A DNA stretch of 64,000 nucleotides, taken from Babesia bigemina. Its lineage: Eukaryota. The DNA is taken from NCBI RefSeq assembly GCF_000981445.1, contig NC_027218.1:744001-808000 (forward strand). The letters are read 5' to 3'. Below, in pieces: positions 45,375 through 57,131 of the stretch; positions within the stretch are counted from its first letter, which is position 1, and each line of letters opens with the position of its first letter. The translations under genes and the position numbers were made by a program. Below the pieces are notes generated by a model. The model was not told where the DNA came from. It ran no database searches and worked only from the letters and a program-made list of their open reading frames with translations.

Positions 45375-47120
45375 TTAACGGATCCCTGTTGCCACAATGC
45401 TCAGTTGAAAAATCTGTGCACCATCAACGGGAACAAAAGATGCCGATGCGTCATCGCCAAGGCGCTTAGCGCCAGCCACGAGCTGGAGCACATCGCCAAA
45501 CTCATTGGTATCTGCACCGTATTGTTTTGCTGGAAGCCAAACGAACCATGTAGTCTTCATTCTTGAAATAATACTCCGAGTTTATTAGCTTGCTTTGAAT
45601 CAGGAATATTCCGTGGAATATCAAAATTCCCCTCGTGGTTTTGCAGCCTTCCATCAGTGCCTGGCGTGTATTATAAACAGAAGCGAATTTTCGCACGACA
45701 CCACATTGCCAAGCACCAAATGTCAACAGAAATCGGCGAACACGCGTGATGTCAGAGCCGTCGAGTAGTTGTGCTCCATCAGTGGCAAATTGACCATTGC
45801 AGATGAGATGTCACAGCATACAGGATTGGGCACCACAATAATCACCACATTCGAGTAACAACGCTCGACCAACCATTTGGAACTTGGAACCGCGGTCCAC
45901 TCCGGGAACCTTGCCTGAGAAGATGGTCCGGAGAAATGCGAAAGCGTATGAGATCTCAACCGCGGACAAGACTGGAAGCAAGCCATCGAAATTAACCCTG
46001 CTGACAGCCAGCGGGGACAGCGCCATCTCTGCAGGGAATCAAAATACTCTGGGGCATCGCCTCACCCTGGCTACGAACTGCTTTATTGATCATGTCGATA
46101 GACTCCGCGTTGTTAACGGCCGTGAGGTGCGTGTCGCTCAGCAGCTGCATATTGTGCACGATAACTAAATTATCATACCGCGGAAAACCATGATTTGGTC
46201 GACTTTGTCGAGTACAAATACGTCAGCACCATGTCACTGGCTTTGTTCTCGTTATTGTTTATCAGCGAACACGATTCAAAGGCCTCGAATTCTTTCTTGG
46301 CCACCATGACGCAGTTGTCCTCGTTCTGTTACAAATGCGAGCACATGGTATCCCTACAAACCTCGAAAAATAGGCGCAACACCCTGGAAACCTTCTCGTT
46401 GGCGCCTGCTGACGGGTAGAGTTTCGGCAGTTTAATCAGGTGCGCCAGGTCCTCATATTCCACTTTGCGTTCCTGAATGGCATTAGGTCAGCGACGCAGA
46501 CAGCCCACCTCCTTTGGGATAGCCCTCAAATATTGCTCCAGGCAGCTCATCTTGACGTTGAACAGCAGCTCTGGTTCTTTCTTGTCGGAGTCGTCTGCTT
46601 TGTTGGCGCTCGACGGCAGGTCCTTGGGATTCACAATATCGCTCATCACGAGGTCGAACTTTTTAGATCCAGAAAAGAGGCTCCTAACGCAAACGGCATT
46701 GCGCAGCACTTTGTTCAGGCCTGCAAAATGATGGTGGCACTATGCTCTGAGCCTTACACAAGTAGGCCATGAGGCGTTCGCGGAATTCCGATGAGCCAGT
46801 GTCGACGATCTTCTCGAATTCAGACATCCAACCGCCCCTGGAGAAAGTGGGAAGCAGATACGGCGAGAAATGCGATATGAAGTCGCTGATAAACAGCTGC
46901 GACGTTGTTAAGGGCAAACGCGATTTTTCACCTGAGGGATGGGCCCATCCAGACGGTTGCATTCTGCGGATTCGCCGGAACGGTTGCGCATATACAGCCA
47001 CGTACCGTTGAGGTACACGCAGGCGCAGCATCCACCGAGGAGAGCGACCTTGGAACGGTTCTCGTTGGTGAAATGAGCTTTCAGCCGCGGCCTCAAGGAT
47101 TCCAGACACCTACGCCACAT
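45375..47120 (-). CDS. Multi-exon hypothetical protein, possibly mitochondrial
   Basis: Starts MWRRCLESLRPRLKAHF. Frame-consistent GT-AG introns at 47005-46964, 46931-46897, 46757-46721 and 46508-46473 join the ORF fragments. Later exons were not fully resolved; the probable stop is at 45375. Confidence 0.6.
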
Positions 47121-47382
47121 TGCGAATCAACAGGCCGATGTGTGACATGGAATTCTACCTACGCTATTCGCGATGTTAAAATGTGGGTGTTATCCGACAT
47201 AAGGGGTCTAGAATCAGCAACGGCCACACAACGGCACTGTAAGGTGTGTACGAGATCGGAAGCAGACAGTGAAGCAGTGAAGTATTTCGGAGCATCCTTC
47301 CTGCGATTTTCATACAGTGTATGTTGATATGTATAGATCTGAAGCACTGACACGTGCTTACTAAAGCGACATTTGAACGAGC

Positions 47383-47753
47383 ATGTTTATGTCGCTGAGC
47401 GGCAAGGGGTTCAGGCATTTCGCGTCGCTGCAGCGGGAATTAGCCGATGCAGTAGAAGCCAAAATCAACGCAATACCGTTCCACATCAACAGAACAGGTT
47501 AGCTCTTTTGGCAATCGCCTAACGCTAACTTATTGCAGCGTCCGGTAACCTAGCAGTGTTCGTCAAACACCGAAATAACGGCAACCTAGCGTACACATAC
47601 GTTCAGAAGGTGCGAGGGAATCGGCAAATATTGAAGCAGGAAATACAAGAACTGGTGGGCAACCGGCGTATCGTCGATACCAGAAATGCGTTCGTCATTC
47701 AAGGGAACCACAAAAATCTAATTGTGAAATACCTGAAAAGCATTGGGTTCTAG
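47383..47753 (+). CDS. MRPL49: Mitochondrial ribosomal protein mL49/Img2, 2 exons (47383-47497, 47539-47753)
   Basis: Spliced IPFHINRTASGNLAVFVKHRNNGNLAYTYVQKVRGN..IQGNHKNLIVKYLKSIGF* matches the Img2/L49 pattern ending in GF. Confidence 0.85.
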
Positions 47754-47755
47754 AG

Positions 47756-47973
47756 ATGGAGACAGGTATTCTAAAGATTCTAGAGGTAAGACGCTACAGC
47801 GTTTGTCCAATTGTGAGCAGGGGAAAGGCTATTTACTTGCAATCTTCGTTGTATGCCTCTGTTCCATGGGCCTCATGTGCTTCTGCTGGTACCTTTACGG
47901 GGAGCTCATAACTGAGTTCTATCAAACCAACGTGTCTGAAGACTTTGGAAAAGAAGAAAGAAAGCAGAAGTAG
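47756..47973 (+). CDS. Putative 60-aa single-pass membrane microprotein, 2 exons (47756-47785, 47821-47973)
   Basis: A phase-0 35-nt GTAAGA..GCAG intron gives METGILKILEGKGYLLAIFVVCLCSMGLMCFCWYLYGELITEFYQTNVSEDFGKEERKQK. Confidence 0.4.
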
Positions 47974-48262
47974 AAAGTATCGTGAAATACGTCTCCACCG
48001 GACGGCACCACCTTCCGACAGCAACGACAGCAACGACAGCCCGGATGAGAGTGTTTGTAAGTGAAAGGATAGGTTACTCAGCCTAACCAAAGAATTTTGA
48101 CGTGGTTGTCGCCTGTGGTTGGCTATTTGTGTCCTTGGTTGTATTGAGGGGAGTTCAGGACTATGGCGGTGCAGAGGCTTTGAGGCAGCATGGATTAGCG
48201 AAAGCGATATATAGTGGAAGTCAATCAAAAACGGCTCTTCCAAATTTTTTCGGACTATTTGC

Positions 48263-49672
48263 ATGAACTTACAACAAATACCACCAATATTGGAACCAGT
48301 GTATGGATTTGTTTGGTCGTTTCATGGTGCTTACAAAGGTGAAAGGCACTCACCGCAGCGTTATTCTTACGCCCACATTTATCACGAGATGGGTAAAAAC
48401 GCTTGCCGAATAACGAAGTCAGCTCAACTCTTGCAGTTGGCAAAGGCGTTGGTTGATTCTAGTTGCAGTAGGCGCAATCAATTTTCATGGCACCCTACTG
48501 AAACCGTTGGTCGTATCAGGTGCCCTCACGTTGGAAAATCGAAGCGCACCGTCGGTGCTCCTGCGGAGTATGGCCGGCTAAATATAAGCCAACAGGGAGC
48601 AACACACGCTTTAAGACCCCATATATGTATTTATAATGTGAGAGTATCACACGATGCCACAACGTTGTGCAGTGGCCGCCTGGATAACGACCGCCCATGC
48701 GATGTCGAACGTTGCACACCTTTCGCGTCCATGTATATAGGCGCGCCATCGGGGCTGTATTTTGTGAAGAGGAGATTGCACCTGAGAAACGACAGGCTGC
48801 AATTTGGTCACGTGACGACATTCTTCCTGAAGCTGCTGTTCGGCCCCAACGTGAATAAAGTTGTTTACAATGATGCGCCGGACCTCAGTTGCTACCTTAG
48901 GCATAACTTTAATGTTTGTGCCAGTAACATTTTGGATCTCAGCTACATGCACATAGCGCAATCGAGAGGATGTCAGACTGCAACCAGCATCTCCATGATT
49001 CAGGAAATGCTCGACTCAAAAGCGGCTCAAATGCGCGCGAAGCAACGCTTAAATCGCGTACCTCCCCAATGTCCGCACCGGCTGGCGAAGTTGCATTGTG
49101 GGTGGGCGGATGTTTTGCTGGAGCACCTACTCGCCAAACACGGGCATTCCGAAAATTCATGGAAACGGCGAATAAACGAAACTACGCAGCATCTTTCGTC
49201 TGAGCCTCGCAAACAGTTCTCCATCAGGAAGGACAGCAGCACTGCGCGCCTTGGCGAGTTCACGCCGTCGGTATTCAAGGGCCATCTGGAGGAGACAATT
49301 TCCCGCGTGCTTGGAAAGCGTAAAATGATGATTAGAGTTGCAGACGACGAAGTTTTTACGGCACTGGTGAAGTCCAAATCGTACGTGGAGAGAACCGCGC
49401 TGCTGACACTGAACGCGTTCGTCGCAGCGGGGGCGCACAGCGCCGCCAAGCAGCTGTATGCGATTGTAGAACCGGAGGCGTTCAACCAGCTGGACGACCT
49501 CGAAGTCGGAGACACGCTGCAGGTAGTGCCCAAGCAAATTGAAAAGGGGATAGTCTGTCTACATTATTACCACGACAAGGTTTGCTGCCACGCGACGCGG
49601 CTGCACGGCGATGCGCTGATGTACAACGTTAGGACGGGGAAGCTCGTCCCCAGGTTCACTCCTCATCGTTGA
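48263..49672 (+). CDS. Hypothetical protein with a degenerate 3'-5' exonuclease-like (EXD1/WRN-exo type) segment; exon structure unresolved
   Basis: 469-codon ORF. LKLLFGPNVNKVVYNDAPDLSCYLRHNFNVCASNILDLSYMH resembles the DEDDy exo II region. LDDLEVGDTLQV could begin an S1/OB fold. Confidence 0.5.
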   Translation: MNLQQIPPILEPVYGFVWSFHGAYKGERHSPQRYSYAHIYHEMGKNACRITKSAQLLQLAKALVDSSCSRRNQFSWHPTETVGRIRCPHVGKSKRTVGAPAEYGRLNISQQGATHALRPHICIYNVRVSHDATTLCSGRLDNDRPCDVERCTPFASMYIGAPSGLYFVKRRLHLRNDRLQFGHVTTFFLKLLFGPNVNKVVYNDAPDLSCYLRHNFNVCASNILDLSYMHIAQSRGCQTATSISMIQEMLDSKAAQMRAKQRLNRVPPQCPHRLAKLHCGWADVLLEHLLAKHGHSENSWKRRINETTQHLSSEPRKQFSIRKDSSTARLGEFTPSVFKGHLEETISRVLGKRKMMIRVADDEVFTALVKSKSYVERTALLTLNAFVAAGAHSAAKQLYAIVEPEAFNQLDDLEVGDTLQVVPKQIEKGIVCLHYYHDKVCCHATRLHGDALMYNVRTGKLVPRFTPHR

Positions 49673-50171
49673 ACCAGTCGCTGCCCCAGCTCCAGCCCGA
49701 ATTGTCTCCACCTTCCTCGTCGAAGTAGGAGCCATCGTTGGAATCTGCGCAATCTTTAATTTAGCAACTTAGACACCCACCGTTCATGTAACCGGACGAA
49801 CCGGAGGGCATGTTGTCCCCTTCGTTGCCGCCGCCCACTTGGTCGTTGCTGTTGCTGGAGTTGTTGAATCCGCCGATGTTCATGGTGCGCGGGCCCAGGA
49901 TGGAGTCGACCAGGCGCTGTCCGAAGGCCCAGCCAATGCCGTGCATCGCGCCTTCCTTTATGATGTCCAGGAATCCCTGCTTACGAGGAGGTTGCATCTG
50001 CGCCAGCTGCATCTCCTTCAGCTTCTGCTGGTAGAGAAGCTGCTGCTGCGGAGTCATCTGGCTGTTGACCGTGCGCCTGGCCCGGCGGCCGCTGAAACCG
50101 CGGGTCCCGAAGCGCGGTACGGCGCGCCTCGCAACGCTCAGAGAGCTGCTTACAAGCGCCGGGAGCATCAT
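49656..50171 (-). CDS. Mitochondrial Mix17/CHCHD2-like protein lacking the CHCH domain, 2 exons (50171-49781, 49744-49656)
   Basis: Arg-rich presequence and GFLDIIKEGAMHGIGWAFGQRLVDSILGPRT central helix. A 36-nt GT-AG intron leads to the tail DSNDGSYFDEEGGDNSGWSWGSDWFNDEE*. Confidence 0.7.
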
Positions 50172-50371
50172 AGTTCACACATCCGGCGCGAAAATGTAGA
50201 ACCGTGTAAGGCGGGAGATGCCCACTCACGACCGTTTTCTCGCCGATACGCCCTCACAGCAGCGAACGTAACAGTCGGCAATTTTCGAAACAATTGTTGG
50301 CCCGCGGATTGGTGTCGAATGGGCAACGTATGTGGCGCAATGGTAAACCTGCGACGCGCTGGTTCCGCTAT

Positions 50372-53300
50372 ATGATGTTAGGATGCCATCTGATCGCCGT
50401 ATCGCGATTTATACAGTGCATACAGCCTCCACGATGCTTTTATTCGTACGTCGCCCAGAGTAAGGCACTGGTTCGCAACATGGCACGCCCGAGCAAGGCG
50501 AAGAGCGTTTTCTCAGACAACGCCGACCTTCCATCGCAGAAGAAGCGAATCACCACCGCCGCTACCAGCGCAGACATGGGTCCGAGTGGCAGCGCCAGCC
50601 TGTATAAGCTGGAGCAAATGGCGGCGGGGTTCGGCAAAATCCCGGAATTCAACAAGCTCATGTATAACGACGACAACGTACTGATGACGCTCAACGTGCA
50701 GCTCAAAAACACACGGTACAAGGCCAACATGGACGTTTTCATGGACAAATCGGCCGCAGTCTGCAAGTACGATATATCCGTAAACGGTGGAGAGGTAAGC
50801 ATGAGGTGGCCTTGACCAAACCCCAGCAGAAAATCACGGGAACTACCACCGCTACCAACAAGAAAGCAGCGAGGAAAAATGCAGCTAGATGTATGCTGAT
50901 GCATATGGACAAACCGACAGTAGAAGAGATCGAGGAAATCACCAAATGGATGGTTGCTGGGCACCGCAACAACATTGGCGCCCGAGAGGAGCCCGTGTCC
51001 AAAGAGTTCGGGCCGCTCGGGCACACCGTCACCCTCCGGTGGAGGTGTGACGACCACTCGTTCTATGGCAAAGGGGTGTCCAACTCCCTGAAGCTGGCGG
51101 AACTCTACGCCATGCAGGACCTCTACTGCCAAACGCACAAGTTTCCCACACTGCAGCAAGAGGCGAAAGTGCTGAGACCAGTCAAGCTAAACGCTACTCC
51201 CACCATCACAAAAGCTTCTGCGAAGGCTTCCAGGCCAGAGCCCATCATCGACGAATTGTCGAAGGCAGACGTCTGCCACATGAACACTCTAAGGAACTCC
51301 ATGGTCAACAAGATGAAGGTGAAGCAGCACGAGGTCATCACCCAGTCACGAGGCGGGTTCCTGTGCACGCTCACGTGGGAGTGGTTGGACACCAACGGGC
51401 AGGTCGAGAAGAGGACAGTCGCCAAACAAGGCACCAGCAAGGCGCTGGCCAAGGCAGCAGCGAGCAAGGCGATACTCGTGGAAGTCGGCGTTATCGACCC
51501 CGTTACGCGTGAAGAAAGTTCTCACGCTTCGTCAATACGAAGCAGCATAACCAAGGTTAGTTGCCAGCAACACGCACTGACGCAGACGCAGAATATCGCC
51601 AGAGCCGTGCAGGCGGCCACGGAATTTGTGCGGAAAACAAACTGCAGCGTGTGGAGACTGTTTATGCCGCAATTGGTCGAAGCGCTCGTGCAGCGGGGCG
51701 ATCGCGAATTGGTGACGCCACTGCTGGAGAGCATCACCGCCGCAGACGTGGAGATACCGACTGACATCTGGGAGACGCTCCTGTCGCTCTCCAGCATTGC
51801 CGTTGACGAGATGTTTTGCAAGGCGATTCTGCACGGTATCAAACATCTGACGCTGGACTCGAGGTATTTCATCTCGGAAAAGGCTCAAAAGGTCTACCAA
51901 AAGCAAAGGTACGCGGGGCACTAACGTCAGCGCCACCATAAGCGTTGAAATTACGGAATATAATTGCGACGCAGCTGGCTGCTTGCGCTGGAGTTCAACG
52001 CCGAAATGTGCTCGAACTTGGCATCGCTTCAGAGCAGGGGCGGAAAAGACGTCGTTAGCCTGCTCTGTGACAACACCAAGTCGCAGCTCCCGCTGATGTT
52101 CCTCAAAGGGACCGTCAACTCGGAGTACAGCAAGTCGCCCTTGAGAGAGGACGATATGGTGCTTCTTGTGCCGTACAACGGCGTGTATCAATGGGTACGT
52201 GGCAGCGCGACCTATACATGTGTCGCAGGGGGACGGACTGGTCGCTATTGTCTCCAAGCACAAAAGCGAAAACTACGAAGCCAGCCTGACGTGCAAGGTC
52301 GTGAACCGACTAAAATGGGATCCAACCGACGCCATCTACGAGCACAATAGGTTTGGGGTCTTCTTCGTCAACAACACTACCACCAACAAGAGGATGATGC
52401 AGGCACTGCTGGCAATAACACACAAGATGTTGCCAGTTAACGTAAGTGGCGAATTGAGCGCTGTGTAACTTTGTCGCAGTCCAACGCACAGGGGTACCAC
52501 TACAACAAGGATCTGCAACGCATACTGATCGAGAGCGACAAGGATTCTGTAGCGGATCTAGAACTGAACAATGCGGCGCTGCCCACCAGCATACCTCTCA
52601 CGCCATCCCAGTCCGACGCCTGCAAAAGTGCGCTCACAAACCCCTTGACACTCATACAGGGTCCTCCGGGCACAGGCAAAACGCAGGTGGCGTGTGCGAT
52701 CATCGACTGCTGGAGGCAGCAGACGAAAGAAAAAATTTTGGCTGTTGCGGACTCAAACGTTGCTGCAGACAACCTCATTGAGGGGTTGAACAGCAGGGGT
52801 ATTCATGCTTTGAGGATCGGATTTGGGTCTGAGTCGCTGCTGCAGGAGGAGTCGCTCAAAAGGCTTGCCAAATATGGCCGCTACAAGTCACTGAAAGAAT
52901 CCGGGTACTACAAAGAAGCCAACTCCTTGCGCATGGCAATGATCACCGAGGCTATCAGACAGCACCAGGTCATCATAGCCACCTGCGTTGGAAGTGGGAA
53001 CGACATTCTCTCCAGTTACTCATTCCCGTACGTCGTTATAGACGAGTGTGCCCAGTCCATTGAGGCAAGCAACCTCATCCCCATTGGGAAGGGCTGCAAA
53101 CAGCTCGTACTCATAGGAGACCACAAGCAACTGCGGCCCACCATCATATCTCCGGAGGCTGCGGCCCAGGGACTCTCCATCTCACTTCTCGAGCGGCTGG
53201 TATCCGCACAGGTAGCCACAGTGCATGTGCTGGACGTGCAGAGGCGTATGCACCCGTCAATTTCCGAGTTCCCGAACAAGCATTTCTACCGTGGAGCGGT

Positions 53301-54002
53301 CAGAGATGCCGTTAGCGAGAGCAGCAGACCACCGGTGAGGGGGTTCAAGTGGCCGACAAGAGGATACAACATCGCTTTCATCGACGCGAGCGCAGGATGC
53401 CCAAACAGCCAGTTTGAATCAAACGTCGGCACTTCCAAAGCTAACGCACTGTAGGTTTGCGCAAGTCGGGTTTCACAAACACGCAGTGAGGCCGACATCG
53501 TCGCCATTGTACTCAAGTCGATTATTGAGGCGAGGGATGTGAGGGAGTCACAGGTAGGCGGGTTTCACATGCCGCAACAATGCTGCAGATTGGAATTCTT
53601 ACTGCGTATGACGCGCAAAAGTGGATGCTCAAACGGAAACTAAACCAAATCGACTCGGTAAAAGGGCAGGCGATCGAAATCGATTCCGTAGACGGGTTCC
53701 AAGGCAAAGAAAAGGAACTCATAATTTTCTCAGCAGTCAGATCTAACCTGCAGAAGGACGTTGGGTTTCTCAGGGATCCCAGGAGGATGAACGTCATGTT
53801 AACCCGTGCTCGCAGGGGGCTCATCGTCATTGCCGACAAGTACACGATAATGAACGACATCGCCAACTGGAGGCCCTATGTGGAGTATATTACGGACCGG
53901 GTGCTGGACATTCACATCTCGGAGCTGAACATGTTCCTCGATTCACCTTCGAACCGACTGGACGGCATAGTCCGCCAGGTTAGAACCGGGTGGTACCCGT
54001 AA
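50372..54002 (+). CDS. UPF1/DNA2-NAM7-like superfamily 1 helicase with N-terminal dsRBD-like repeats, ~8 exons
   Basis: LTPSQ..LIQGPPGTGKT, VADSNVAADNL, VIDECAQ, LIGDHKQLRP, QRRMHPSISEFPN, DSVDGFQGKEKE and RRMNVMLTRARRGL. Introns at ~50795-50829, 51556-51591, 51909-51974, 52195-52228, 52442-52479, 53451-53486 and 53554-53588. Confidence 0.9.
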
Positions 54003-55364
54003 GGTAGTGCTGGAGGACCTGATTGAGCTTCACCTGTGATGTGGAGGCACGTGTCCTAGGCTGGAAGATTGCTTGTAAGCGCATCAAGCACGTGTGAGGG
54101 GCGACAACAAGCACGCCAAATAAGTGAGCTGTGCATATAACATCGCCAACACTTTACACTCTACCGTTCAATGTGGATGCACTATGCACTTTCACGTGTT
54201 TGTGGTCGCGGTACGTATTTTTCGCCCGCTGATCTAGTGAGCGACGCCGTAGATCAACGACTGTAGTGAACGCCAAGTCCGTAGAAAGAAATTGTCGTGC
54301 TTGGTGGCAACAGCTGGTATCGCAGGAGCTTTCCATTTAATTTTCACGCCAATAGACCGTGTATCGCGCGACTAACGCGCCGCCAGTAGGTAGACAACAG
54401 CAAAAGGGGCGTGGGCGCACGTCTCATACACCGGAGGTGAGTCAGGCACGCAATAAAATGGCGTAGCCATCGTCGCTGATGTGTAACAAGACGTAGTAAA
54501 TCGTGCGCTCGCGAAATAGGGTACATTGGGGGCCCCGGCATCCAGCACGGCGCCATTGTAGTGGCACACGGAGACTGCGCGAGTCGCAGTGACAACGATA
54601 CTGTACTCGCTCCATGCAGAACTAGGAGAGATCTGAGTAGTTTCAATTCATTGCGCGACGCGCAAAATGGAGAACTGGGCGTTCATTCGACTTATGTCGA
54701 TTTGCTACCTCGTCGCAGGGGCGTTATTGACAGTTGGCATCCAGGTTACCTTAAGGGGCCGAGTCAAGGAAAGTGAACGTAAGGACTTCTATGTGTAGGT
54801 TTCCCCCGATCTATATGCGGACTTACGCGCAGGCTCGTCCTTCTCTTGGTGCCACTCGGCACATTCTGCCTCTGGTTGCTGTAAGTTGCCACCAATAACT
54901 GATGCCGCTTGCTAAGCAACTGTATTATACGTGAAACGCGCAAATCTAGGCGTATATTTTGCTGCAGGTGGATCTGTATGTACATGGCTCAGATGAATCC
55001 CATGATATCACCCATCAAACACGTGCACGAGCCAGCCGCAGAGGCCGTCAAACTACCTGCGTAGGCTGGGTGTGCGTTAATTCAGGGCTCAATGGTCCTG
55101 TGTTGTAAATTGCAGTACAATAATATCGGATGTGTAACTCGGCGGTGCGACCGCCCCGTGTCTAGGCAAATCCTTGGATGCTAGTGTAAACGTGGCCGAA
55201 TGTGCCAGTGAAATAATAGTGGTTACCCGTGGCATATACACATGTGGAGGCCCAGGCCTGGTGTGCCCTGAACCGGTAACGGCAGCTTGGATTTTGTTCC
55301 AGGACGCCCCATACACAAAGATGCGAGCCACGGTCACTTTACGTCACTCCTCACGGCACGGAAA

Positions 55365-56141
55365 ATGGCGCAAGTTGAAGCGGTTGCTCAGGCGGAGCCA
55401 AAGCAGTTGGCTCCCGGAGAAATCCGGGTTTCCAGTATCGGAGTGGTCTCGAGCTACGTCGCGTACGCGAAGAAACTCATCGCCGCTGGAGAACCTGTGA
55501 TTCATATTAGAGGCACTGGCAGAGCCATGAGCAATGTGGTAGAAACTGCGGAAATTCTCAAGCGGGTCTATAAGGGAATGCATCAGGTCGCGACTCTCGA
55601 CACACAGGAAAATCTGTGAGTTAACCTGCGTGATAAGTGTATTCCTTGTGTCTGAGATGTTGAAGTAAATTGATAACTAACACCTGGGAATTCAGGCGCA
55701 CTCTAGCTGGCCGGATGGTCAACCTATATTTCACCAGAATCGGCAGATCGCACTCCCCTTCCGATGCCAATTAGATCGTATGCTCCCATATAGTCGTTCA
55801 TATGAATGCAAAATGCCTGTTGGTGACTGCATATACGTAGAAGTTTCATGCTCTACGACCTCTGAATTAATTTGGGATTCAGGGTGGCAGCTGTTGGCGA
55901 GGACGGAAAGGAGCAGAGGCGCTCCGTCTGTTTTCTGACAATCACGCTCACAATGGACCCCAGCAAAATAGACACCACGGCCGTCGGTTATCAGAAGCCG
56001 CTGACTGACGAACAGTTGGGCGAGGTCGAAGTTGACAAATTGATCCAGGCCCTGAAAACCTCTGGCATCAGGAAGAAGGGGACTTTGCCCAGGAAACCTA
56101 GGGGTACAGTGCAGAACGCGGAAAACGGAAAGAAGAATTGA
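55365..56141 (+). CDS. Alba-domain DNA/RNA-binding protein (Rpp25/Alba1-2 type), 2 exons (55365-55615, 55883-56141)
   Basis: EIRVSSIG..SYVAYA..IHIRGTGRAMSNVVETAEILKR..GMHQV and RRSVCFLTITLT..DTTAVGYQKP are Alba signatures. The GT-AG intron preserves the frame. Confidence 0.9.
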
Positions 56142-57131
56142 CTTGCCGTTTAATTTTTTCACATGCTACTCCTTTTGCTACAGCAATAACTCCGTCTGCA
56201 AAAAGCGAGTCCTGCATGCGTCCAGTCGCAGATGAATACGGACTTCTGAGGAATTCTCTAGACCAGAAATCGCCTTCAAGATTTAATAGCGAGTTGTATG
56301 TGGTGCGATGCAGCGAATTACACCACGTTCAGGGAACTGATGTTATTACATCGTCGGCTATTCGCAGTTGATATGATTGTTAGCTGTCGACATTATGTTG
56401 TTGTTTAGGTGGCTATCTACGGCTCGGGCCGAATTTCGTGCTTAACGAAACCTCACCACTACGCGCTGGAGGAGTTGCGGAGCACGGAGCAACACCTGCC
56501 TTGGACAACGGAAATGTCCTGCGCATGACGGACAACTGAGCACATATTCCATAAAGGTGCTTTACCGGGTCGTAGATTTGCCTGTATTTCATCTCCACCA
56601 TCACGTAAGGCACCACCTTGATGTTTGTGGGTGGCTTTGATCGCCGCCCCTTCCGATTCTTCACCACGTTTTCCTACTGCATCCACTTCAGATTCTCACT
56701 CTAATTCAAATTAGTACTTAGACATTCGGGTTTTCACGATGTAGGTGGTGTGGTTGGCAGTTGTGCCACTATTGCACCCGGGCGGTTGTAGTACACTTTC
56801 AGGGTCAGGCCGTGATCAGCTGAAGTGTTGTTACCGCAAACTCAAATGTTAACCTTATAGTACGTATGGTCGCATATAACTATTGAAAGTGAATGTGTAT
56901 TACGGTATCTTCTTGCTTATTTTTCCTCCCACGTTGGAAAAAAAATTGAAGAAAATTCCTCGACACCATGGCGGCTAGCTGGGGCGATAGGATCTTCACC
57001 ACTATCAGGTACCACAAACCATTCAGTCCTAAATTTTTCGTCACTTCACAAATTTTCAAGATCCACGTTGAGTAAAATCAAAGTGGAGTCGGTATAGTTT
57101 TCGGAAAGCGGCTGAGGAGATTCTTGTCAAA

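Noticed and set aside
54100..55300. Possible hidden gene or ncRNA upstream of Alba
   Set aside because: Only short ORFs, with no recognisable RNA structure or consistent exon chain.
18163..56141. Apparent cluster of RNA-handling genes (DDX60-like, RanBP2-ZnF, exonuclease-like, UPF1-like, Alba) as a defence system
   Set aside because: They are interspersed with unrelated housekeeping genes on both strands; chance co-location is sufficient.
56413..56686. Small basic minus-strand ORF (VKNRKGRRSKPP..)
   Set aside because: No convincing ATG or exon model could be built; it may be real but is unsupported.
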